A stretch of DNA of 40,723 bases from Eubacteriales bacterium (GTDB taxonomy: Bacteria > Bacillota > Clostridia > Oscillospirales > CAG-382), in contig JAZTXY010000138.1 of the NCBI GenBank assembly GCA_045636665.1, positions 1-40,723 of the forward strand. The letters are read 5' to 3'. Shown here piece after piece: positions 29,948 to 39,506 of this stretch (position 1 is the first letter of the stretch; each line of letters starts with the position of its first letter). Both the position numbers and the translations under genes were made by a program. The notes beneath the pieces were generated by a model. The model had not been told where the DNA came from, searched no databases, and was given only the letters and a program-made list of their open reading frames with translations.

Positions 29948-31888
29948 TTACTTTCGTGCCTCTTTTAATTTAGCATAGCCGTCGCGGAATGCCTCGAGCG
30001 CTTTGGGTACGCCCGTATCGAGGCGCAGGTAGTTGATTACCTTGTCAACGCCGTCTACGTTTGCATAGTCGTTGCAGGAGAACCAAGCCGCCGCTTTGAT
30101 ATTCTTCGCGAATTCATAACCCGCTTCTTGATTATTCATAAAGCATTCGAACATACCCTTTATCCAATCAGCCTGCCATTGCTTTTTGGTTTCAAGGTCG
30201 GGAACGGGAACGTAGCCGCCCTTACCCCAGTCATAAACGACCTCGCCGCCTGCGCCGCAAGCAAATTCGCCGATGATTGCGGGGAAATTATCGAAATAAG
30301 GGGTGTTGGTCTTATAAAGCTTGGTGTACATATCCTTGAACGATTCGATTTGCGAGTCGTTGTTCATTTGATAGAAGGTAAGACCGAGCATTTGAACGTA
30401 ATCGGAGCCGGGCCAATAGCAAAGCTGATCGCCCCAATTGCTGTAGGGACAGCCTGTTGCTTCGATATCAATGCCTGTTGAAATGGGGTTCCAGATCCAA
30501 ATGCAGTTGTCAACGCCCTCTTCCTTGAAGATATCGTAAAGTCTGCGCCAGGTGTCGATGAAGATATCGGGGTCGTTAAGCGTTTGCATACCGCAATAGG
30601 AGGTCCAGTCGGTATTCATTTCGTTGTTAAGACGGAAAAGAACGGGTTTGCCGTACGTTTTAATATCATTTGCGAGGCGGCGGAATTGCGAATCGAGCTT
30701 GCCGCGGCAGATGTCGAACATCGGGGTATAACCGCCGAGTGTGTTGTTTGTGGTTGTGAACTGATAAGTAAGCTCGAGCACAGGCTTGCCGTTAAAGCCG
30801 TTACCGCCTGCGTGCTCGTTCATATATTCGACGTCAAGCGAATTTTCGGAATAGTTCGAGCCGTACCAACCGATATGGAGATAGTCCATATAGATATCCA
30901 AATTGCTGTTGATACCCTCCTCGGAAACGAACCAATCCATATAAGTTTCGTCACGGCCTTGGAAGAACGCGCCGAAATCAACGGTGGTTTGGTTGAGGAG
31001 CTTGTTATAATACGCCTTGGTTTCCTCGTTCCAAAATTCGGGAATCTTAAGCTCGTAAGCGCCGACGTTATTAACGGGTGTGCCTTCTTTGTCAAGCTCC
31101 TTAAAGGAGGAAACGATTGCATCCATTTCTTCGGTCATAATTTCATCGGATTTAAGCACGAAGAACCAGAAATATTTATAGCTGTTGGCAGGGCGCACGA
31201 TTGCGATGCTGTAGCAATCGTATTTCATTTTCGATGCGACGTTAATACGGAAATCGAAATAATTAACAACGTAGCCATTTAAAAGGTCCTTTGTTTCACC
31301 GTATTGACGTGTACGGCGGATGCTGTTTTCCATAAGGAAATCGTTGCTTACGAAATAACGGGCAAGCCATTCATCGTAATAGGTCTTCCAGCCGTTTGGG
31401 TTTGCTCCATACGGATTCTTATTTTCATAAGAAACGGTTAAAACATAGTTTTTGCCCTCGTATTTACTTTTTAACGCGCCGAGCGAGAAATCGGGTGTAA
31501 TGCCGTTGCCGGGGAGAGTTAATGCATATCCCTCGGACAAAACGACCGCGCGGGAAGCTTCTTTTCCTTCAAAAACGAAACGGGTATCGCCCGAAGGAAG
31601 CGATTTGTAATCATCGGTAGAATTGCCGTCCTTAAACGCTTGGAGCTTATAAACGTCGTTTGCCGATTTGATAGCTTCGCTTGAATATTCATCCTTCCAG
31701 ACTATTGTTGCGTTAGCATCGGGGTCCATATAAATCTCCTCCGAGGTGGTTGAATCGGTATCGCCGCTTGATTCGGCACCGTTATCGGGTGTATTGCTTG
31801 AAGCATCGGTCGAGCTTGTGTCTTCGCACGCCGCAAGCATGGGTAAAACCATTGATATGAGCAGTAAAACAATTAAAAATTTTTTCAT
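29948..31888 (-). CDS. GH26-family glycoside hydrolase lipoprotein
   Basis: MKKFLI...LAAC lipobox after GGAGGT; C-terminal VLFRLNNEMN (acid/base Glu), YWPGSDYV, IIGEFA (nucleophile). Confidence 0.82.
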   Translation of the reverse strand: MKKFLIVLLLISMVLPMLAACEDTSSTDASSNTPDNGAESSGDTDSTTSEEIYMDPDANATIVWKDEYSSEAIKSANDVYKLQAFKDGNSTDDYKSLPSGDTRFVFEGKEASRAVVLSEGYALTLPGNGITPDFSLGALKSKYEGKNYVLTVSYENKNPYGANPNGWKTYYDEWLARYFVSNDFLMENSIRRTRQYGETKDLLNGYVVNYFDFRINVASKMKYDCYSIAIVRPANSYKYFWFFVLKSDEIMTEEMDAIVSSFKELDKEGTPVNNVGAYELKIPEFWNEETKAYYNKLLNQTTVDFGAFFQGRDETYMDWFVSEEGINSNLDIYMDYLHIGWYGSNYSENSLDVEYMNEHAGGNGFNGKPVLELTYQFTTTNNTLGGYTPMFDICRGKLDSQFRRLANDIKTYGKPVLFRLNNEMNTDWTSYCGMQTLNDPDIFIDTWRRLYDIFKEEGVDNCIWIWNPISTGIDIEATGCPYSNWGDQLCYWPGSDYVQMLGLTFYQMNNDSQIESFKDMYTKLYKTNTPYFDNFPAIIGEFACGAGGEVVYDWGKGGYVPVPDLETKKQWQADWIKGMFECFMNNQEAGYEFAKNIKAAAWFSCNDYANVDGVDKVINYLRLDTGVPKALEAFRDGYAKLKEARK

Positions 31889-32021
31889 TGCTACCTCCGA
31901 AAATAAACGTATCGTTTTATTATAACCTACGGCAGATAAAAAATCAATAAGAAAACAAAAATACAACGGATGAACCGTTGTATTGTTTGTATTTTGTTTT
32001 AAATTAACAAAATTCAGAAGC

Positions 32022-32198
32022 TTATCTGAACTTGCGCTTGCGAGCCGCTTCGGACTTCTTCTTGCGCTTTACGCTGGGCTTTTCGTAATGTTCTCTCTTA
32101 CGAATTTCAGCAGGTACGCCGCTTCTGAGATAAGATCTTTTAAATCTGCGGAGAGCGCTATCGATGGTTTCGTTCTCCTTAACTCTTACCTCTGCCAT
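32022..32198 (-). CDS. rpsU: 30S ribosomal protein S21
   Basis: [21 protein letters not shown]...[14 protein letters not shown]; start ATG 32198; promoter TTGACA(32281)-N17-TATAAT(32258). Confidence 0.97.
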   Translation of the reverse strand: MAEVRVKENETIDSALRRFKRSYLRSGVPAEIRKREHYEKPSVKRKKKSEAARKRKFR

Positions 32199-32332
32199 TT
32201 TGTAACCCTCCCTTACATAGGTTTCCGAGGAAACAAGCATTCTAATGCAGACATTATATCAAACAATTCGACACATGTCAACAAAAGATTTAAAGAAATT
32301 TTAATAATCTTTTAAAACTTATTTCGAATTAA

Positions 32333-32686
32333 TTAAAGAGCTTTCTTTGCGGTTTCAACGAGAGAAGCAAAAGCTGCCTTATCGTTGATAGCGAGTTCGG
32401 AGAGCATCTTACGGTTGAGTTCGATGCCGCTCTTCTTAAGGCCGTACATAAAACGGGAGTAGTTGATACCTTCGATCTTGCATTGTGCAGAGATACGGGT
32501 AATCCAAAGAGAACGGAAATCTCTCTTCTTCTGTTTTCTGCCGGCAAAAGCATAGTTACCGCTCTTGAGAACGGCTTGCTTAGCCATCTTAAAGTGTTTG
32601 CTCTTTGCGCCCCAGTAACCCTTGGCGAGCTTGAGCATTTTATTTCTTCTTTTTCTGGTCGCGAGTGCGCCTTTAATTCTTGCCAT
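32333..32686 (-). CDS. rplT: 50S ribosomal protein L20
   Basis: [36 protein letters not shown]. Confidence 0.98.
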   Translation of the reverse strand: MARIKGALATRKRRNKMLKLAKGYWGAKSKHFKMAKQAVLKSGNYAFAGRKQKKRDFRSLWITRISAQCKIEGINYSRFMYGLKKSGIELNRKMLSELAINDKAAFASLVETAKKAL

Positions 32687-32705
32687 CTTTACAAACCTCC
32701 GTCAA

Positions 32706-32903
32706 TTATTTATAGGGGATCATTCTCTTAAGATCGTCGTAGCGAGCGTCGCTTACGTAAGAAGCCTTGCGAAGAGCTCTTTTGGTTTTGCTGGGTTTAA
32801 GACCGGTCTTGTGACGCTTGCCGGGGTGGTTCATCTTGATCTTACCGGTAGCGGTAAAAGAGAAACGCTTTGCGGAAGCCTTGTGTGTTTTGATTTTTCC
32901 CAT
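32706..32903 (-). CDS. rpmI: 50S ribosomal protein L35
   Basis: KIKTHKASAKRFSFTATGK; lies between infC and rplT. Confidence 0.96.
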   Translation of the reverse strand: MGKIKTHKASAKRFSFTATGKIKMNHPGKRHKTGLKPSKTKRALRKASYVSDARYDDLKRMIPYK

Positions 32904-32921
32904 TGTTATAATTCCTTTCGG

Positions 32922-33443
32922 TTATTTTGTCTTTTTCGGGGCGAGGATCATCGTCATATTTCTTCCGTCGAGCAAAGGCTTTTTCTCGATAACCGCTGCT
33001 TCTTCGCAGCCCTCTGCGAAGCGGTCGAGAAGCTGAGCGCCAAGTTCGGTATGCGCCATTTCACGGCCGAAGAACTTAACGATAACTTTTACCTTGTTGC
33101 CCTGTGCGAGAAACTTGAGCGTGTGATTGAGTTTAGTGTTGAAATCGTGCGTGTCGATTCGGCACTTCAATTGGATTTCTTTAAGCTCGATGATCTGACG
33201 TTTTTTGCGTTGTTCCTTTTCGCGCTTTTCCTTTTCGAAACGGAATTTACCGTAGTCCATAATTTTGCATACGGGCGGTACCGAATCGGGCGCGATTTCT
33301 ACAAGATCAAGCTCTGCTTCGTTTGCAAGATTCAAAGCTTCTTGAATTTTCATAACGCCGAGCTGTTTGCCGTCTGCGCCGATAACGCGGACTTCGCTTG
33401 CTCTGATTTCTTCATTGATTGAGGAAGATGCTTTAGTGGCGAT
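32922..33443 (-). CDS. infC: Translation initiation factor IF-3, non-canonical ATC start
   Basis: In-frame extension gives INEEIRASEVRVIGADGKQLG upstream of the ORF-track ATG; GGAGGTG RBS 7 nt before ATC at 33443; PPVCKIMDYGKF. Confidence 0.93.
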   Translation of the reverse strand: MATKASSSINEEIRASEVRVIGADGKQLGVMKIQEALNLANEAELDLVEIAPDSVPPVCKIMDYGKFRFEKEKREKEQRKKRQIIELKEIQLKCRIDTHDFNTKLNHTLKFLAQGNKVKVIVKFFGREMAHTELGAQLLDRFAEGCEEAAVIEKKPLLDGRNMTMILAPKKTK

Positions 33444-33469
33444 GAGAGGACACCTCCAAATTAAAGTTT

Positions 33470-33612
33470 ACTTATTTTTACAAAAAGAAAAGCAAAGCAG
33501 ACAACCCGCTTTGCACAGCCAAAAACAACATTGGCATAACTATACCAACGTAACGATATTGACCGAGCTTGGCTTATTGCCGCAGGGTGAGAGCAACGCT
33601 CTACTTCTTTGT
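33470..33612 (-). promoter_or_regulatory. L20 ribosomal leader of infC-rpmI-rplT
   Basis: AGAAGTAGAGC..GCTCTCACC 5' motif and GCAAAGC/GCTTTGC+U-rich attenuator hairpin; promoter TTGACA(33649)-N17-TATTAT(33626). Confidence 0.65.
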
Positions 33613-33721
33613 GCCCAAACATAATACCACATAATACCGCCGTTGTCAATACTTTTTTCGGAAATTTTTGTCTGTTTTCGCTTGTTTCTCATATACTGCC
33701 GTTGAAGGGAGAGTTTTTTAT

Positions 33722-34465
33722 ATGCCAATGTTATTTTTAAGCCCGTCTACACAGGAATTTAACAATTATTACGACGGCAGCGGAAGTGAAGAATATTACA
33801 TGAACCTTATTGCCGATTATATGGAGCCCTATCTTACGGCAAGCGGTATTACCTTTACACGCAACAATCCCGAAGGCTCGGTCGGCGATTCGGTACGGTT
33901 GTCAAACGCAGGCGATTACGCGTTGCACCTTGCGCTTCATTCAAACGCTTCGGGCAGTGCGAATTACGGCAGACAGTACGGAAGCGATATTTATTACTAC
34001 CCAACGAGCGTTAACGGAAAACGGGCGGCGGACATTATTGTCGCCAACCTAAAGCGCATCTACCCCGACCCGAGCAGAGTACGCGCGCTTGCAACTACGA
34101 GCCTTTATGAATTAAATAACACCCGTGCGCCGTCTGTGCTTGCGGAATTGGCTTATCACGATAACGAGCAGGACGCCGAATGGATAAAAAACAACCTTAT
34201 GCTTATTGCCGAAAACCTTTCGCAATCGGTCGCCGATTACTTCGGCATTACGCTCGTCGACCCGAATCCGACTCAAACGGGTACGGTACACACCGAGGGC
34301 GGACGGCTTAACATTCGCGTTGCGCCCGACCTTAACGCAGAAATCATCGGTCACATCCCAAACAAAAGCATTGTGAATATAAAAGGACAAAGCGGCGAAT
34401 GGTATTTGGTGACCTACAACGGCATCGAGGGCTACAGCTACGGGCGCTATATTCGTCTTAACTGA
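33722..34465 (+). CDS. N-acetylmuramoyl-L-alanine amidase with C-terminal SH3 domain
   Basis: LSPSTQE, HLALHSNA, SVLAELAYHD (Amidase_3); LNIRVAP...WYLVTYNGIEGY (SH3b). Confidence 0.88.
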   Translation: MPMLFLSPSTQEFNNYYDGSGSEEYYMNLIADYMEPYLTASGITFTRNNPEGSVGDSVRLSNAGDYALHLALHSNASGSANYGRQYGSDIYYYPTSVNGKRAADIIVANLKRIYPDPSRVRALATTSLYELNNTRAPSVLAELAYHDNEQDAEWIKNNLMLIAENLSQSVADYFGITLVDPNPTQTGTVHTEGGRLNIRVAPDLNAEIIGHIPNKSIVNIKGQSGEWYLVTYNGIEGYSYGRYIRLN

Positions 34466-34466
34466 C

Positions 34467-34500
34467 AAAAAGAGAGAGAAGCTTTTTCGGCTTCTCTCTT
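34467..34500. terminator. Bidirectional terminator between amidase and htrA
   Basis: AGAGAGAAGC/GCTTCTCTCT stem between convergent genes. Confidence 0.7.
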
Positions 34501-34510
34501 AATGATTAAA

Positions 34511-35815
34511 TTACTTTGCGGCATCGAGCTTGAAGGTTATGGTTACGTATTCGCCCGAGGATAGCTCGCGGTTGAAACGGAAAACCTTAACCGTAACGGT
34601 TTCGCCTGCGCGGTGCCCTGCGAGAGCATCGGTGAGGGATTGACGGTCTTTAACCGTTTTACCGTTAAATTCGGTGATCACGTCATAGCGTGAAAGACCT
34701 GCGCGGTATGCCGAGCTGTTGAAATCGATATCGGCGATAAGCACACCTTCGGGATATTCGCATCTGGGATTCATACCGAAGTAATCAAGACCGTCCTCGA
34801 CGTCATAAACGGTAATGCCGATTTGAGGAGATGCAACGGCAATATCGCTTCCGTCGATGGTTTCACCTGCGATAAGCTTTTTGAAAACCTCGACTGCGCT
34901 TGTTATGGGAATCGCAAAGCCGATATTTTCAAATTCTTCACTTGCTATTTTAAGACTGTTAATGCCGACAACGTTGCCCGACATATCGATAAGCGGGCCG
35001 CCGCTGTTACCGGGGTTTATTGCACAGTCGGTTTGGATAAGCGTCATTGTCTTTACGACCTTGCCAGAATCGTTGGTAATTTCGATATCGCGCGCAATAC
35101 CGCTGACGATACCGGTTGTCATCGTACCTGCAAGTCCTTCGTCGTAAGGAGTGCCGATTGCCATTACCTGCTGACCTATTTTAAGCTTTGACGAATCGCC
35201 CATGCCGAGCTCAGGAAGATTTTTAACGTCAACGTGAAGCACCGCAAGGTCGGTCGTAGAATCGCTTCCGACAACGGTTGCCTTGAATTCCTGACCGTTG
35301 TAAAACTTAACGGTTATATCGTCGCCGCCCTCGATAACGTGGTGGTTTGTTGCAATATATCCGTTTTCCGAATCGATAACGAAGCCGCTTCCGATTGCAT
35401 ACGCAGAGCCGCGATAGCTTACGCTTACGGTACAGCAAGCAGGCGAGCATTCCTCGTAAATCTTTGTAAGATCGGTGGAAAGGTCAACGTCGGAATCGGG
35501 CGCAAGGCTGAAATCGGGAACACTGTATTCCTCGGAACGGGAATATTCAAGCGAAGCGCTTGTATCGGTGTTCAAGCTTCCTTGCGATTCGGCATTGCTG
35601 TTCGTAGGCATTTCGAACGAAAAATCGCCGTAAAGCGCACCTATAACAACAAGCGCGACAAGAGCCACCGCGCCGACAGCCGCCGCGATTATCGCAAATA
35701 TTTTTTTACCGCCGCCCTTTTTGTTGCCGTTGTCCGATCCGTTCCAGCTGTAGGAATAATCGGGACGGAAGCCGTTAGGGCCTTGATTGTCAAAATTAAA
35801 ATTGTTTTCAGACAT
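34511..35815 (-). CDS. htrA: HtrA/DegP-like membrane serine protease with PDZ domain
   Basis: TM helix, GSGF, ATNHHV, TDLAV, AINPGNSGGPL triad, C-terminal PDZ; start 35815 or 35821. Confidence 0.9.
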   Translation of the reverse strand: MSENNFNFDNQGPNGFRPDYSYSWNGSDNGNKKGGGKKIFAIIAAAVGAVALVALVVIGALYGDFSFEMPTNSNAESQGSLNTDTSASLEYSRSEEYSVPDFSLAPDSDVDLSTDLTKIYEECSPACCTVSVSYRGSAYAIGSGFVIDSENGYIATNHHVIEGGDDITVKFYNGQEFKATVVGSDSTTDLAVLHVDVKNLPELGMGDSSKLKIGQQVMAIGTPYDEGLAGTMTTGIVSGIARDIEITNDSGKVVKTMTLIQTDCAINPGNSGGPLIDMSGNVVGINSLKIASEEFENIGFAIPITSAVEVFKKLIAGETIDGSDIAVASPQIGITVYDVEDGLDYFGMNPRCEYPEGVLIADIDFNSSAYRAGLSRYDVITEFNGKTVKDRQSLTDALAGHRAGETVTVKVFRFNRELSSGEYVTITFKLDAAK

Positions 35816-35852
35816 ATTCATTCTCCCCGGATATATATTTATTGTAGACTTA

Positions 35853-37325
35853 TTAACCGATTCTTCTCGGCGCGATTTCGACGGTTGCGATGGGCAGTGT
35901 GAAGCTGAATTGCGTGTAGCTGTCCACAACCGATTCGACGGTTATTTCTTCGCCGTGATTTTCTATTGAGGTTTTTGCGATATAAAGACCGAGTCCCGTA
36001 CCGCTTTTATCGAGTCCGCGTGAACGGTCGGTTTTGTAAAAACGATCGAAAACGTGCGGAAGCTCTTCCTTGGGGATGCCTTGACCGCTGTTGCGAATCA
36101 CAAACTGCGCTTTGCGGTTTTTCTTTCCGTCAGAAACGAAGCCGAGCTTTATCGATATCGTTCCCTTTTCGGGGGTAAACTTGACCGCGTTATCCATAAG
36201 GTTGAATATTACGCGGTGGATAGAATCGGGGTCGGCATTGACAAAAATATCATCCTCGCCCGTGTCGAATTCGATTTCGATATGCTTCCTGCTTATTTTG
36301 GATTCGAGCGAAATAAGAACCGTTCTTGCGGTTTCGGAAAGGTTGAAATCCGACATTTTAAGGTCCTTGCCGCTTTCAAGACGCGAAACCTCAAGCAAAG
36401 TATTGACAAGACGCGAAAGGCGTTTTACCTCTTGCGATATAATATTAAGGTACTTTTCGTGCTGTTCGGGCGGTATCGTTCCGTCCAAAATACCGTCGAC
36501 AAAGCCCGAAATCGTCGTCATGGGGGTGCGAAGGTCGTGGCTTACGTTGCCGAGGAAGGAATTTCTTGCCTCGTCGATTTGTTTAAGCGAAGCCGCCATA
36601 TCGTTGATAGCAACAGCCAATTCCGCAACCTCATCCTGACCGTCATATTCGATTTTTGTGTCGAATCTGCCCTTGGAATAGTTTTTCGCCGCAGAAATGA
36701 CCTCGCTTAACGGGTCGGTGGTGCGTTTCGAGATAACGTAGAGCGAAACCATCGCCGCAAGGAACATCCAAAGCGAAACGGTTACCGCAACGATAACGAT
36801 ATCCTTTGAAAAGATGACCGAGGAATAGTTGCTCATGCTGACAAGCACGATAAACGGCTGTTGACCGACATAGGCAACCTGATAGTTGTTCATTCGGTTG
36901 CTTTTAAAAAAGCTGTCGATGTTGCTTATCAAATAGCTGTCGGTTGTCGAGAGCATTTGACCGAGCGACGTTTCGGAAAGATAAAACCTGCCCGTTGTAT
37001 AATTCTTATCCGACGTTCCGACAAGTCTTCCGCCGAGATCGAAAACATAAATATCGGCATCGACCTTCGAAGCGGAATAATTAAGTATCTGTTGAAGGTC
37101 GCTGTATTCACCAAACGAATCGTAAATGCGGTTATATCCTTCTTCTTCAAGATAAATATCAATCAAAAGCGCGGTCGTACCTGCCGAGCCCGACATCGTT
37201 TCGTGCTGGATATTATAGCTGTCGGCGGCAATACGCGAGGAAACGGCAAAAAGTATTGCGGTGATACACGCAATGAGTATTACCGTAAAAGTGGCAAGAT
37301 ATTTTCCGAAAATACTCTTAAACAC
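35853..37325 (-). CDS. HAMP-domain sensor histidine kinase
   Basis: Two TM segments, HAMP, NVSHDLRTPMT, NLMDNAVKF, FDRFYK, GTGLGL. Confidence 0.93.
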   Translation of the reverse strand: MFKSIFGKYLATFTVILIACITAILFAVSSRIAADSYNIQHETMSGSAGTTALLIDIYLEEEGYNRIYDSFGEYSDLQQILNYSASKVDADIYVFDLGGRLVGTSDKNYTTGRFYLSETSLGQMLSTTDSYLISNIDSFFKSNRMNNYQVAYVGQQPFIVLVSMSNYSSVIFSKDIVIVAVTVSLWMFLAAMVSLYVISKRTTDPLSEVISAAKNYSKGRFDTKIEYDGQDEVAELAVAINDMAASLKQIDEARNSFLGNVSHDLRTPMTTISGFVDGILDGTIPPEQHEKYLNIISQEVKRLSRLVNTLLEVSRLESGKDLKMSDFNLSETARTVLISLESKISRKHIEIEFDTGEDDIFVNADPDSIHRVIFNLMDNAVKFTPEKGTISIKLGFVSDGKKNRKAQFVIRNSGQGIPKEELPHVFDRFYKTDRSRGLDKSGTGLGLYIAKTSIENHGEEITVESVVDSYTQFSFTLPIATVEIAPRRIG

Positions 37326-37513
37326 TTAATTTTCCGCCTTTCTCACATTTACTTCATAATCTTATCATATAAAAATGAATAATACAAGAATTAAATATTA
37401 ATTTTCTTGTAAACGAATAAAGGCAAAAGAGCCATTCCGCTTAATGCACAACGACCGACGAGGATAGGCTCTTATATAAATCATTTAAGCCCTTTTAGCG
37501 TTTTACAGCCCTT

Positions 37514-37661
37514 GACCGCAATTTATTGCGGTATATCACCAATGCGGAGCATTGTATATCATCGTTGCGAAAGCGGTATACAGCCTGCGGCTGATGATAT
37601 ACACGCTACGCGTGATGATATACGCCTAACGGCGATGATATACCATTGCTTTCGCAATGGA
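37514..37661. repeat. Array of GATGATATAC motifs separated by small hairpins (REP-like)
   Basis: GTATATCACC 37531, GTATATCATC 37554, GATGATATAC at 37593, 37614 and 37634, each next to a short GC-rich stem-loop. Confidence 0.75.
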
Positions 37662-37662
37662 T

Positions 37663-37698
37663 AAAAAAAAGAACGAAGCGATTGCTTCGTTCTTTTTT
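37663..37698 (-). terminator. Terminator of the tRNA operon
   Basis: AAAAAAGAACGAAGC-GATT-GCTTCGTTCTTTTTT abutting the tRNA-Glu CCA. Confidence 0.85.
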
Positions 37699-37773
37699 TG
37701 GTGACCCGTAGGAGAATCGAACTCCTGTTACCGCCGTGAAAGGGCGGTGTCTTAACCGCTTGACCAACGGGCC
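37699..37773 (-). tRNA. tRNA-Glu (TTC)
   Basis: GGCCCGTTGGTCAAGCGGTTAAGACACCGCCCTTTCACGGCGGTAACAGGAGTTCGATTCTCCTACGGGTCACCA cloverleaf. Confidence 0.97.
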
Positions 37774-37778
37774 ATTAA

Positions 37779-37855
37779 TGGTAGCGGAAGTTGGACTTGA
37801 ACCCACGACCTATCGGGTATGAACCGATTGCTCTAGCCAACTGAGCTATTCCGCC
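37779..37855 (-). tRNA. tRNA-Met (CAT), elongator type
   Basis: GGCGGAATAGCTCAGTTGGCTAGAGCAATCGGTTCATACCCGATAGGTCGTGGGTTCAAGTCCAACTTCCGCTACCA; paired G1-C72. Confidence 0.93.
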
Positions 37856-37888
37856 ATGTTTTCGCGCATTTTCCGCGACAGCTTGGTT

Positions 37889-37917
37889 AGTATAGCAGAT
37901 GAAAAACGATTTGTCAA
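37889..37917 (-). promoter_or_regulatory. tRNA operon sigma-A promoter
   Basis: TTGACA-N17-TATACT with extended TG and an upstream A/T tract. Confidence 0.8.
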
Positions 37918-37971
37918 TAGGTATTTTGAATTTTTTTGTAATTTTTTCAAAAAAAATTTTTGCGTTCCTTA

Positions 37972-38000
37972 TTGACAGATTTATAAGCGCGTGATATTAT
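37972..38000 (+). promoter_or_regulatory. metK sigma-A promoter
   Basis: TTGACA 37972, N17, TATTAT 37995 with TG extension. Confidence 0.8.
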
Positions 38001-38009
38001 ATATGTGCA

Positions 38010-38174
38010 TTCTTATCCAGAGTGGCGGAGGGAACTGCCCGACGAAGCCACGACAACCTACAATTTATGCAAGGTGTCAATTCAGTAGTTTATTTAAACG
38101 AAGATGAGATGTTTCAAGAGTTTCGGTTTATAACTATGCCCTTTGAACATCTTGTCAAAGGGTATTTTATTTTG
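38010..38174 (+). promoter_or_regulatory. SAM-I (S-box) riboswitch with terminator
   Basis: CTTATCCAGAGTGGCGGAGGGAACTGCCCGACGAAGCC..CAACC..AAGGTGTCAATTC..AAGATGAG; terminator ATGCCCTTTGA/TCAAAGGGTAT+U; upstream of metK. Confidence 0.92.
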
Positions 38175-38210
38175 CAAAAAAAATTACTTACATAACAAGG
38201 AGAACAAAAA

Positions 38211-39386
38211 ATGAGAAAATTTTTCACCTCTGAATCCGTAACCGAAGGACATCCCGATAAGATCTGCGACCAAATTTCCGACGCAGTGCTTGACTCGATA
38301 CTTTCCGTTGACCCCATGGCTCGCGTTGCTTGTGAAACCGCTTGCACCACCGGTCTTATTCTCGTAATGGGCGAAATCACCACCACCGCAAAGCCCGATT
38401 TCCAAAGCATCGCGCGTGAAACCGTTCGCAATATCGGATACGACCACAGCGACAAGGGCTTTGACTGCGACACCTGCGGCGTTATTACCGCAATTCACGG
38501 TCAATCTCCCGACATTGCAATGGGCGTTGACAAGGCGCTTGAAGCAAAGACAGGCGAAATGAAGGACGACAAGGACACCGGCGCAGGCGACCAAGGTATG
38601 GTTTTCGGCTTTGCTTGTAACGAAACTCCCGAGCTTATGCCTATGCCCATCTCGCTTGCACAGCATATGTCCAAGCGTCTTTCCGAGGTTCGCAAGAACG
38701 GCACTCTCCCCTATCTCCGCGCAGACGGCAAAACTCAGGTTACCGTTGAATACGAGGATAATAAGCCCGTTCGTGTTGACGCTATCGTAGTTTCCTCTCA
38801 ACACGCAGAAGAAATCAGCCTTGAACAGATTCGCGAGGACATCATCCGCGAGGTTATTATCCCCTCTGTTCCTGCTGAATATATGGACGATAACACCAAG
38901 ATTTACGTTAACCCCACCGGACGCTTCGTTGTCGGCGGCCCTCACGGTGACAGCGGTCTTACCGGCAGAAAGATTATCGTTGATACCTACGGCGGATATG
39001 CTTCCCACGGCGGCGGCGCATTCTCCGGTAAGGACCCGACAAAGGTTGACAGAAGCGCGGCTTATATGGCTCGCTACGTTGCAAAGAACATCGTTGCTTC
39101 CGGCGCTGCAGACAGATGTGAGGTTCAAATCGCTTACGCTATCGGCGTTGCAAGACCTCTTTCGGTTCTTATCAACACCAACGGCACCGGCAAGGTAAGT
39201 GACGAACGTCTTGCAGAAATCGTTAACGAGGTATTCGACCTCCGTCCCGCAGCTATCATCGAAACGCTCGACCTCCGCAAGCCCATTTACAAGAATCTTG
39301 CGGCTTACGGTCACTTCGGACGCGAAGAGCTCGGCGTAAAATGGGAAATCACCGATAAAGCAGACGAAATCAAGGCAAGAATTTAA
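38211..39386 (+). CDS. metK: S-adenosylmethionine synthetase
   Basis: [49 protein letters not shown]. Confidence 0.99.
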   Translation: MRKFFTSESVTEGHPDKICDQISDAVLDSILSVDPMARVACETACTTGLILVMGEITTTAKPDFQSIARETVRNIGYDHSDKGFDCDTCGVITAIHGQSPDIAMGVDKALEAKTGEMKDDKDTGAGDQGMVFGFACNETPELMPMPISLAQHMSKRLSEVRKNGTLPYLRADGKTQVTVEYEDNKPVRVDAIVVSSQHAEEISLEQIREDIIREVIIPSVPAEYMDDNTKIYVNPTGRFVVGGPHGDSGLTGRKIIVDTYGGYASHGGGAFSGKDPTKVDRSAAYMARYVAKNIVASGAADRCEVQIAYAIGVARPLSVLINTNGTGKVSDERLAEIVNEVFDLRPAAIIETLDLRKPIYKNLAAYGHFGREELGVKWEITDKADEIKARI

Positions 39387-39398
39387 GTATAAAACAGC

Positions 39399-39438
39399 AA
39401 ACCGCGTGAGGTTAACCCCTTGCGCGGTTATTTTTTTG
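39399..39438 (+). terminator. metK intrinsic terminator
   Basis: AACCGCGTGAGG/CCTTGCGCGGTT stem plus T-run. Confidence 0.8.
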
Positions 39439-39440
39439 CG

Positions 39441-39506
39441 AAAAACTTGGGAAAATATTGGGAAAAACTTGGGAAAAACTTGGGAAAAAGTTGGGAAAAA
39501 GTTGGG
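39441..39506 (+). repeat. Six tandem 11-bp direct repeats (AAAAAC/GTTGGG)
   Basis: AAAAACTTGGG, AAAATATTGGG, AAAAACTTGGG x2, AAAAAGTTGGG x2; TATAAT follows at 39530-39535. Confidence 0.9.

Noticed and set aside
37531..37660. GATGATATAC array as a mini-CRISPR; ORF 37606-37806
   Set aside because: The 10-bp repeats and 10-11-nt palindromic spacers are far too short, and the ORF overlaps the tRNA genes.
37699..37855. tRNA as integration site of a prophage or ICE
   Set aside because: No integrase and no duplicated tRNA 3' end seen in the window
39441..39506. Tandem repeats as a CRISPR array
   Set aside because: 11-bp contiguous units with no spacers and no cas genes
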